DNA of 60,808 nucleotides, filler included, from Bipalium vagum (taxonomy: Eukaryota), in the NCBI GenBank assembly GCA_037834085.1. It is 3 parts of 3 records of this genome, joined end to end, with 100 filler letters (N's around TTAATTAATTAA, not from the genome) between each part and the next. Parts side by side here need not be neighbours in the genome. Positions count along the whole stretch, not along the records: positions 39,402 to 60,808 come from JBBMKC010238005.1; 2 more parts are not named here. One strand, 5' to 3'. Within the stretch, counting starts at the first letter, position 1; the number at the start of each line of letters is the position of its first letter. A program made the translations under genes and the position numbers. This document shows positions 39,302-50,394 of the stretch, one piece after another. Below the pieces are notes generated by a model that had not been told where the DNA came from, did not search any database, and saw only the letters and a list, made by a program, of their open reading frames with translations.

Positions 39302-39401
39302 NNNNNNNNNNNNNNNNNNNNNNNNNNNNNNNNNNNNNNNNNNNNTTAATTAATTAANNNNNNNNNNNNNNNNNNNNNNNNNNNNNNNNNNNNNNNNNNN
39401 N
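39302..39401. other. Artificial contig-joining spacer
   Basis: Identical 44N-TTAATTAATTAA(39346-39357)-44N design. Confidence 0.97.
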
Positions 39402-39892
39402 TTTCATTAATTATAACTATTTATTACTTTGGAACCAAATCAGGTAATCTTATATTTATTTTGTTTTAATTAAAAAAAATAAAGAAATTATTATTATGAA
39501 TTATTATGTTTTATTTAATATTATCAACAACTAAATAATTATAAAAGAATAACAAATAACACAATGTCAATAATAAAACAATGTTAATGTATAGAACAAT
39601 TATATTGTTAATGGATCACAGATCACAAAAATGTCATTATTGATGGATTTGTTGGTCATCATTGGTTTGAGTATGAGGCTGATCACTGCTGGATCCTGTG
39701 GTTGAGCTCTGTTGCTTGAAGATGTTTGTGGATCCTGCAGATCCCATCAGTTCAATAATTTTTGGGAAACCGACAGCTATATTGGTCGAGATGAAAACAG
39801 TTTTTAAAAGAGCTCCCAAAACTAAAAATTATTATTATTCACATCTCATTCTTCCATTGACTTAAATTCATTGTGGATAAAGAGAGAAAGTA

Positions 39893-40104
39893 CAGGGTGT
39901 TTCATAAGTAACTGACATTTTTTAAATGAATGATTTATTATTAAATTTTTAATTCTTGGAATTCTTGGCCATTTAGAAAATATTATTTTCCATGCGTAAA
40001 TTTTATGTCTAAATAAATTTTTAAAGAAAAAATCTGTCTTAGTTTTCATTTTTATAAAAAGATATTTAAAAAATAAAATAGTCAGTTACTTATGAAACAC
40101 CCTG
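39893..40104. mobile_element. 212-bp MITE (Tc1/mariner type)
   Basis: Perfect 24-bp TIR cagggtgtttcataagtaactgac / gtcagttacttatgaaacaccctg with TA target-site duplication. Confidence 0.9.
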
Positions 40105-40914
40105 TAATAATATTACAATTTTTGTTACTATTGAGTAAAAGTAGTATTGATGATTTGTGTTGATGATTTGTAACAAGATATTGATTATAAAGGAACTATT
40201 CGGAATATGTTTCTGTTTAATGAAAAAAATTTATTATTGTTAAATAGTGTAATTAATGCTTGATTTAATAGACTACTCGTTATTCAGGTTGATATTAAAC
40301 ATTGAAGCGATACAAAATAAATCGGCCCCTAATCGGTAGTCTTTTCACTTTTCTGCAGAGCATTTTCTAGTATTCTAAGAAACAAATTGCCAAGGAACAA
40401 TATAAGTTCAGGTCTTCAACGTCCCACTCTGTCCTATTCCATATTTAAAGTCATTGACATTGCAGCATTAAAATCTAAATACTGTCATTGCTCTTGAGAT
40501 GGTGTCAGTGATAGCTTTGGTAGTGTTGCCACTTCGTGTTCTTCTTAAGGCACAAGGACTTTGTTAAAAATTATGAATCATTGCAGGAATAGAAATGAGA
40601 AAGTATACGGCTTTCATAATTTCAACAATTATTATTATTACATTCAATTTCCTTCGATTTGAAAATTAAAGGTAAATTAGTACACGTATGCTGATGGATA
40701 AATCAGTAAATAATTTCATAGTATTTTGTTTTAAAAGTATAACCTAGACCACTTTGAAACTTGAAACGATTATATCTTTTGTTAATATTCAGTAAAATAC
40801 TAACAAATTTTTGGAGTCTCCTTTCTCTGACTCCAATTTATAAATCGATGATAGTTGGATTGACACACGAGTAATAAAGATATATGAATAAATAGAATTT
40901 TGCGTTTTGCGTGT

Positions 40915-41128
40915 AGTGGTGTTCAGACTGAAAGAGTGGCAGAGACGTTTGGAATGGTGAGACGTGTTTGAGTGTTTTGCGTCGGTATCTGTGTTTGGCA
41001 AGTAATGAGAGAAGGAATGATTTGATTGAATATTTGTTGGAAAATCAAGATTGTGAGTGTGTCTGTTTGTGAGTAGATCTCTTCAATATTGTCTGACTTA
41101 GTCCAAAGTTTATTCATCATTCATTGGT
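40915..41128. repeat. Dispersed repeat, copy 2 (homologous to 5860-6086)
   Basis: Same blocks, same orientation, on a different contig. Confidence 0.85.
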
Positions 41129-43263
41129 GGAAGGAAAAAAACAGGAATATTATCGATATTATATTACTGACAGTAGATATTATCGATCGCAACAATAAAT
41201 CATCGCCGTTGTTCAGGCATTTAAAGAATATATCTAAGTTGATACAAATATTGAAAAATTCATATCTTTTCTGATACTGTTTTACCAAATCTTGTATTAT
41301 ATACCTGGATTCTTTTTTAGGAAAAGTTAAATTTTATTTTATTTTTAATTTTTTTATTTTATCAAAACAATAATATTATATTATATAATTTCGGTTAATT
41401 ATTTTGTGTTAATATTGATAATGGCAATATAAGTTATGATGATAATAAAAAAATTATAGCAAATGAAAAAATGATAAATTATTATTACCACTTTTCTATA
41501 TTAAAAAATAAACCTTTTTTATGTTGAATTTTCGGAAGCCTAATCCATTCAATCATTCAGCTCAAACGTTTGGGCCGAGCTGAATAATTAAAAATCTCGG
41601 ATTGACATTATCCTAATTGGAAAGGGGAACGGATAGGCACACAGATCTTGTGTACTTAGCATTGAGAGCAGCTGTATAGTTAATTATTTAGCTCAGGCTA
41701 TTAAGGTCTGGTTGAGCTGGATAATTGAAAGCTCCAGGTTTTTGCGTAGGTAAAGCCAGAAGATTAAAGATGTCCTGTTCTGATTAATTATTGACCGATG
41801 GAGGAAAGCTGGGGCGTGTATAAGTAACTACAAGATTCTCTGCAGTCTGAACAAAAAATTAGAGTTAAATCAAAGAGAACAAAACTGAGAACAAGAACCA
41901 AAGAGAATAGAATCAGTGATATTATTGTTACGTGATTTTTTGTGGTGAATACACTGATTTGAACGAACCATTATTTCCAATTTGGAGTCAGGATAAAATT
42001 TGAATTTATTTGATAATTAACAAAAATAACAGATAAGAAGTTTTAAATCAAGGTCAATTGTTACTCGATTTATCATCTTTTGTTAGATTGGATTTTGTTT
42101 TATTCAATTGGTTTGAGATTTGTTCTACAAAGTTTATTTTTTATTCACTGAATCCTCAATTCTCAAATTTCTATGAATTTTCAAATTCTCAAAGCTCTCT
42201 TAGTTTTCCTAAACTTAATAAATTTCCAATTCTCGCTTAGTTCTAAATGTCATCAGACAACTCTACTAATTCGTACTTCGTTCTGGTTCTAGGAACTCAA
42301 CTACTCCATTAAATCGGAGTATTAGAGTTAGTGCGATTTGTCAATCGTTTCTTATATTGATCCAGCGCTTATATTAATCCAGAAAAACAAAAAATAATTA
42401 TTGGAGGGATTCGAAAAATTGATAAATATGAGTCTCGAACTTAAACAGTGTCATATTTAGATTTGTCTAACAAAATTCCAGAAAATCATTCATATATTTA
42501 CCTTTACTTTTTTCTCCTACGGCAGGCATCAATACCCATGCGAAAAGAAAACAAAAGGTTTCATTCTAATCATTCCCACTGCCTGTATTAGTGTCTAAAA
42601 CCAATACTTGTCTCTCCCTTTTTTCTTCGGTCACACCCAGACCTCCAAATCTTTGGTAATCCCTAAACTTTACATTGTACTCATTTATCAGATTTTTAAA
42701 TTTGAAATTTGATTGTTTTTTAATATCTCTTCAGTTCACCTACATTTGCTTAAATATATTATGTAAATAGTTTATTTGTTACACATGAAATTCTTCCTAA
42801 ATGTTATTTGAAATAAACAAACTTGAAAAATGAATTCTCTAACAAGATTTTGTTTTATCTTGGAAATTTAAAATAAAATAACCAATGTTCTATCTTGAAG
42901 AAATTAAACAAAATTTTTCTATTTAGCAATAATTACCATTTTGAATAATTAAAGTAAATAACTTGCTTTGAAATAGCAATGTGTTAATAATTTTAATTAA
43001 GAGAATAAATTCAATTATATTTTTGAAATGAGCTTGATTAAAAATTTAAAATTAAATTGAAAATGAATTCAATTATTTATCACTATAATATAAGTGATTA
43101 AAGTTAAATTATGAAATATTATTAAACTTGTTTTATTTTATAAATTAACAGAATTAATTTAAATATATAGATTTTGTTAAAACTTCGAAATTTAATTTAG
43201 CGTATAATTTAATGCTTAATAAATTTAAATAATAATTTTTTGATTGTATATTTTTTGAACAAG

Positions 43264-44127
43264 ATGAGCTGTAGCTTTGAAAAAATTTTAACGGATGTAA
43301 AAAATTTAACTGAACGTTTAAAGAACACTAATGAAACTACCAATAAAATTATTAAAGACACTTCTTACTTTTACGTGAAATTAAAGTCCATGAATGAAGT
43401 AAGTTATTTTGATGATACTGAATGAAATGACATTTAATAATAATAATCATAGCTCCAAGATAAAATAACAAAATTATCTAAGAATTGTAATCAGGCTGAT
43501 ACAATTGAATTATCATTTAGTAGTAACATGGAAAATTCAAATCTCGAAAGATTACGAATGGAAAATTTTGAATTGCGAGAATTGCTTAATGAATATCAAA
43601 CAGCTCTGGAATTAATTATGACTCGGTATAGATCAGATGTAATTTAATTTCGTTGATCTTTTATCTGAAATTATCTGTAATTTTAGATGAATAATTTCAT
43701 GCACTCAGGCAATCTAGAGTCTCCTTTCAATTCCACGTCAGTTCAACATGATTATGAGTCACAGAAAGCTATCGAACTAGATCTAACAATCAAGTACGTC
43801 GAGTTATATAAGAAAGCCATTGAATCTACTTCTAATGCTGAGATGAATGTTGAACGACTGGAAAACAGTATAAAGCTGCTTCATTCAGAAAACGAAATTA
43901 TGAGGAACATCCTGGGACTGATCGATCATCAATATTATGAAGAAGTAGCAACGACAGAATCAGTAAAAATGACTTCCTATGTGAAAAACAATAGTTCACC
44001 TCATCACATTAAAAATTCTCTTCTTACAGTTGACGAAAAGAAATCTTCGGATCATATTTTAGACTCATTTAGTGACGATGACCGATGCTCAGTTTCTTCA
44101 GATGCATCCGCAAAGACCCTCATTTGA
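43264..44127 (+). CDS. FGFR1OP2: FGFR1OP2/SIKE family coiled-coil protein (STRIPAK-associated), 3 exons, 253 aa
   Basis: Exons 43264-43398, 43453-43638, 43687-44127. MSCSFEKILTDVKNLTERLK and LRMENFELRELLNEYQTALELIMTRYR match the family N-terminus (MSCTIEK.L.DAK.LVERL / ENKELR..LEEHQSALELIMSKYR). A second coiled coil follows (LHSENEIMRNIL). Confidence 0.85.
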
Positions 44128-47100
44128 TTGGATAACAAAAGCAATCGAGATTGTTAAATTGATTGATTCTCCAAACCATAGCTTAATGATCCCGATTAAC
44201 GATTGTAATTTGAAGTGTTTTTGTACGATTATCCCTCGTGATAAACCATGAAGAGCAGAGTGGATTTCGTTCGTAGATTGTTATTGAAATTTCAAATGAT
44301 CTTTGACTTTATTTCATTTCAGGTTTTTTGTGATGCTGGTTCAGATACGATCCTACTTTAATCGTATCGATTTTACCCGTTTGTGTCAATACTGTTTTCA
44401 TAGACTATAATCAATATAATTTTCGCTTGTTTTTAACAAAAAAATCATTGATCGATCTGGAATAAAGCAAAATAGATTAAATATTTTCTATCGATATTGT
44501 TTCTGTTTGAGTATGGTTTTCGTTTTAAGATTTCATTGCATTTGATCGGTTTTTTTATTGGATTACAGAGAAATTATTTTGTAGTTTGTCCTCGTCATAT
44601 CAACGAATCGTGACTTACTTTATAAACAGTTTTTAAGATAAACATTTAATAATTCATTATCAAATTTATTTTCTAAAATGTTTATGATTTTAGGTTTGTT
44701 TTAGAAAGATTAATTCTTAAATCTGAAGTTGAAAAGTTTGTTAAAGATGTTCCTTTATGATTTAGTGAAATCATATCCAGTTGATGCTAAATAGCTTTTA
44801 GAATTTGAGTATTACGACATTCATTATATGCAGGTTAATAATTAATATGATAAGTAAAGATCAATTTGGATTATAAAAGGTAACTCTTGAGAATTATTGT
44901 TAAATGTGCGCTTGCAGTGTCCATTGTTTTAATATTGATTTCTATGATAATTTGAAATTGGTGAGTTCAAATTAATAATTCACAATATTTGGATAACTTA
45001 ATATAAATTTAATATTGAAGTCGATGTATACAATAACCAATGATAAATGACAGTTTAAAGGTAACTGATTTTGCCCAATAAACTTATTTAATATGCAATG
45101 TCTCTGTTTAAATTAGTCCGGAAATTTATGTTTTAAATATCAAAGTTGACAAAAGATTGATGTTTTTCATCAGTAGTAGACATTAGTGATTAACGTATGT
45201 AGTTTGTGTTTAAAACAGAAACGAGTGCAAAATAATTTTTATGACGTTTTATCAATCATTTTAATGTTACAACATATTTCTTCGACAAATTAATCAGAAA
45301 CTTATGTCAAATTGAGAACTATCAATCAGTTTTTTTTAGAAAGTTAGAGAGACAAGAGACTTACTGAGTTTAAGTCTATTTTGAACAAAATAACAGTAAT
45401 AGATTCATATGTAAATAAGGTACATTAAATGATTTATCTATAGGCCTAGAATTTTATATCGAATAAATTATTATTTGGTTACTTTTTCCTAAAAGTTTTT
45501 TTTCAAAGTAAATCTATCATGCTAACCAGAAAGATTGAAATTAATCTATATTTACTGATAACTGAACTAATTGTTTAGTTTTATTTATTAAATAAATTTT
45601 CAATTTAGTTTTGAGATTCTGACAAATATAAAAGAATTTATTATGAAAAAATGAAATTAACTAAACCCGTAAATAAGATTCCCAATAAACAGGAGAATTA
45701 ATACAATTTTTCTGGTTGATGTTCATTTTAAAAAGATTTTATCTTACATTCTATCCAAAATATGTTAATTGAGGAAGTAATTTTTTTAAAAAATAATGGT
45801 TTTTTAATCTTCTAAATGATTCTATCGCTAAATCGTAAAAGTTTTCTATCTTAGTTTATTTTGTCTCCGGCCGACTTTTATTCGATGTCCAAAATAATTA
45901 AATATTTTTTTAATTTCAAAAGATTAAATCTTTCTCGATGAAAGAACAACAGAAAAACACATGTAATTACAATCACCATTTTCCCTCTAAGCTTTTACTC
46001 TATTTGATTTGTTGACACGCCAAAGTCTTTATATTTTCTCTGATTGTTAGTTATCTTTTAATTTCTTTAACACACAAGTCCAAATGCTCTTTTCTTCCTT
46101 TCCAAAAAATTAACTAACTTGTTTATTGATTGAATAAGTTAATAGTTATCATTTTTTAGGAAAAGGAAAATCTATACATCTGACTTATTGAACGGAAAAT
46201 AAAAATATTCATATGGTGATTAATTTTTTAAGAAAATGGATTTCAGAAAATAAAATATTATATTATAAATTGTTATAATTATTAAAATCAAATAAATAAA
46301 GTTTATGTCATTTTTATTATATATATTTTTTATACAATTGTGATTTTGTTTTAACTGAATATAAACAGTTCCTAAGTATGGAAAAAAATTATCGAACTGT
46401 TAAAAAATGTTTTGATAAAATATGAAGAATATTTTTTAATTGATGTATATTTTAAAGTTTGTAAAATTATACTAGTAAATATTTTGATAATGTTACAATT
46501 TTTTGGCAAAATCATTTTTGGACATTTGTATTCAAGTATTCTGTTTCTAAAATTTTTGAACAAATCTTAGATTAATTTAATATCTGTATATCGGTTTAAA
46601 AATGTTAATAAAGAAGTAATGGTAGTTTCGCACTTAATATGAAAAAGGGTTAAATTTAAAAATCAAATCATATTATTATATTAAAGATTCGAACAAATAT
46701 CTATTTGAATTGGAGGTAAAAATTTATATTTGTTAATAAGAAAACATTAAACTTGTTGTATAACATAAGGATGTAAGATTGATGAACTCTCGGTTCTTTT
46801 AAATGTTTTGAAATTGTTACTTTAGGTTGACCAAGTAATTAAGAAGTAATCTATATTGATAGAAGACCACAATAAACTTCTTTGATGAAAGGACATGGTT
46901 ATACAGTAAGAAAAATCAAGTCTACAAAAGAAAAAACTGAGTAGCAATTAATTATACTATTCTTTAGAGGAAATAGTTAGGTACAATTGCAAATAAATTG
47001 ATTGAAAAAATTGAATCAATATAAAAACATCCTCAAAATCTGAAACAGAATAATAATTTTCTTTTTTAAAATTATATTAGCCATAAGATTCGTGGAATTT

Positions 47101-47410
47101 TTTTTTACTATTCCGAGCTTTACTTTACATTCTAGTAAAACAAAATTAAAGAATAAATATTATTTCAGATGTCATTCAAATCTCTCACGTATAAAAAATA
47201 TTTTAGACAATAAATTTTTATCTGTTGTTGTTATTATGGAAGAAGAAAATTTTTGTCCATTGTTTAGAAAGCGCATTAAAACATGTTTATTGATGATAGG
47301 ATGAACATAACATTTTTCTTCCTCGATTCTTCAGCATATTGGATAAAATTTTTTATAGTAACTATAGTTATAGTTTATTTATAATTAACAAAATTTATAC
47401 AATTTTAGAA

Positions 47411-48060
47411 ATGCCTTCATATGTTTATAAACTTTTACTGAGTATAATCATTTTAATAATTGCTATTGCAACTCAACTTGATTTCAGTGATGATGAGATT
47501 CTAACAAATAAGACGGCCAATATAAATGTTCCAATTGAAAAATGCTTCCAAAGAATATGCGATTTTCAGGATTATCCACAGGTAATTTGTAGTAATTTTC
47601 AATATCTGAAATAATTATTAAATAGTGGATGTCAATGGTTTCAGACATCAAGATTCACGGGTTACATAGTAATGTTCGTTTGGGAACAAAATTTTCAACA
47701 ATAACTGATATTGGATATTTAGGTACAATACAGTATATTTAAAATTATAAAATCTTTTTTCTAGGAACAATTGAACAAAAGAATGTTGTTACATCCTTCT
47801 CACAAAATAAAAAATTCAGTTTTACAACTTTCAGCTTTTTTAATACTCAAACTGACTTTAGTTTCTCAGTTACAACTCGAGACAAATGTGTACTGAATTT
47901 AGTAATGAAAACCAAACAAAATAATATTTTCTTTAAAGTTTGCAAAATTTTCATTAAATAATATTTATTAATATTTTAGAAAATATTTGTCCCTGTTTTG
48001 AAATTATACTATGGAAATTGGGCTACTCAAAGTCTGATGACTTTAAAATTGAAGATTTAA
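47411..48060 (+). CDS. Membrane-anchored or secreted SRPBCC (START/polyketide cyclase-like) fold protein, 4 exons, 173 aa
   Basis: Exons 47411-47581, 47626-47722, 47765-47937, 47980-48060, joined by 44/42/42-nt GT-AG introns into one open frame. It has an N-terminal hydrophobic helix (LLLSIIILIIAIA), then TANINVPIEKCFQRICDFQDYPQWMSMVSDIKI (SRPBCC beta1-alpha1-alpha2 pattern), a beta-rich core and an amphipathic C-terminal helix. Confidence 0.75.
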
Positions 48061-48150
48061 CGGATTCGTACTCATTTTGTTTTATTAATGACAAATATTC
48101 TGAATTCTGATTAAATGTCCAATGTTTCAAGTTACAAAAATAATCTGTAC

Positions 48151-48175
48151 TATATATATATATATATATATATAT
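48151..48175. repeat. (TA)n microsatellite
   Basis: Perfect TA run between the SRPBCC and FAM177 genes. Confidence 0.9.
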
Positions 48176-48498
48176 TTAGTACATATGTATTATAGATTAT
48201 GTTTTGATTTTTACTCCGGTTGTACTTAAAATGGATTTTTTGTTAAATGAATAAATTCAACTCAAAAATTTTCAAAGAATAGTTTATAAAATTTCAGTTT
48301 ATTAAAGTCATAATATTAAAAGAGTTAAAAATTAGTAAAATGTCTAACAAAATTAGTTTGTTTTACTGATTTAATTAAATTTACTTTACTATAATTTATA
48401 AATAATCTATTTAAATATAAAATTGATTTTTGTAGTTTTGATTTTGTTTATTTTAGATAATATTCAATTAAGAATTTTATTGAAGAATTTTTCACAAA

Positions 48499-48756
48499 AT
48501 GAGTTTATCTGAAAATCTATATATTTATTGTAATGATGGAGCTATTAATAAAACAGACATCAGATATGTAAATGATTTAAATGAAAATAATAATGAACTC
48601 AATACCAAAACGTTATGGGGTTCAATTGCATATTGGATAGATTATTGTGGCGAGTCATTAGCCTGGATGTTTGGAATTACATCTCCAAAATATGATTACA
48701 TTTTGAGTGAACAAAAGTACTTACTTTCGAAGCGTAATGCTTCCGAAAATTTCTAA
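48499..48756 (+). CDS. FAM177: FAM177 family protein, minimal 85-aa form
   Basis: Single ORF. WIDYCGESLAWMFGITSPKYDYILSE matches the family core CDFLGEK.A..LGI.TPKYQY.IDE, and YIYCNDG resembles the N-terminal IHF.DG motif. Confidence 0.78.
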   Translation: MSLSENLYIYCNDGAINKTDIRYVNDLNENNNELNTKTLWGSIAYWIDYCGESLAWMFGITSPKYDYILSEQKYLLSKRNASENF

Positions 48757-50394
48757 ATTGTATTTTACTTTAATAAATTGTCATTTTGATATATACTGGA
48801 TTTTAAATGCACACAATTCTCACTACTTAATAAATTGTATGCAAATATAAATTATTCATTTAAGTTAAGTTATGATTTTGTAATCTTTTGCTTGGTAACT
48901 GCACTCAGAGGGATCTAGTTTTATCTCTCTAAAGAAGTTATTAATACTTTCAATAACCTATCAACCGCCTGTTTCTAATAATAAGACTTTTTCAACGTCA
49001 TAAATATTGCTGACCTAAACAAAAGGAATAAGTTCTTTTATATGGGATATGAACTCTATCAGATACCTTAGTAAAGTCTAAAATATGATGCATCAAGTAT
49101 ATTCTATCAAAAATACGAATAATATTACAGAAAAATTTCCAGATCGAAGCTAAAACAATTAATTCTCAGCTTTCCAGAAATTTCGGAAACAATATTTATT
49201 TTGAACAGATTTTTCTCTGTAGTAATTATTTTGATCGATACTCGTTATTAAGTTGTCTATAGTACACAGTTTTTTGAAGTTTCAAGATAGAGGGTTTACA
49301 CTTTAATTTAACTTTTAAATGTTCATATATTTAAAGTTGATGCATTTTAAAGGTATATTTAAATTTTACACGATGTATCACGATGAATAAATTAGACAAC
49401 TCCATACGAGAAATTAAAATTTAAAATTTCAATGAAGGTAACCACCAGAAGCAAATATCCGAGGAATTAAAGATTAATAAAAATACAGTGTATTTTGTTA
49501 ATATTGATATTTTCTATTTGATGGTTTCCACTAAATAAAAGTTTTAGACTTATGTTATTGTTTTATAAAAGCGTGTATAACTCAATTATTTTCTTAATTA
49601 CATATTTTTTCATGGACAATTTGATATATGATAATCTCCCAAGCCTGTTTCACGTTATTTATTCAGTTTCTCATTTCTTTTAAAATCTCAATACAAAAAC
49701 ATTTTATATCTGAAAATAAATTGAGTTTATCTTAATATCATTATTATTGGATAAACCGAACGGTTTCTACTCTAAATTGTTGAATTTCTTTTTTTTGAAA
49801 ACGTTAAGTTTAATTAGTTTTTTATTATGATTAATTAAAGTGTTGTGATTTTTCATAGTTTGGCAAGTTAAAGAACATAAAAAATTATCTACAGCTGATG
49901 TAACAAGTTTTTTTACCACGGTTTTCACGACCAAGCTTCCATTTTAATGTATTAAAAATCATTATAGAAGAGCAGTTCATAATATTTTTGAATTTCGACA
50001 TACGTTTTCCTTTCCTCAGTTAATTTTTGGATTAGTGACCAGCTTCGGGTGCAATGTTTACCACAACCTATTTTTATGCTTTTCTAATATGTTTTTTCAA
50101 TTAAAATAATTTTATTTTAAATAAATTCAATTGCTTTAAATGATAAATATGTATATATAAACAATTTATTAATCTACGTATGTTAATTAATAATAATAAT
50201 ATTATTAATAATTAAATTCATAACCCTGTAAATATGAATAAATTAAAATTATTTTTCTCAATGCTATTCGTTGAAGGTCTTATAATTTTTAACCAATTTA
50301 TTTAGAGGTTTATCAATAATTGTATACTACTAAATAAGAACAGAATTCAATCAAAAGCTACGTCAGTTCTAATGTCGAAACGATAATAGATATT

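Noticed and set aside
41560-42360. LTR-like higher-GC block (also 59740-59960 and 9700-9950)
   Set aside because: No identifiable termini, TSD, PBS or coding motif; probably repeat-derived but unclassifiable by eye.
31283-48756. VPS13 + FAM177 + SRPBCC as a lipid-transfer gene cluster
   Set aside because: Separated by an artificial spacer (different contigs), and the VPS13 here is A/C-type, not the VPS13B linked to FAM177A1.
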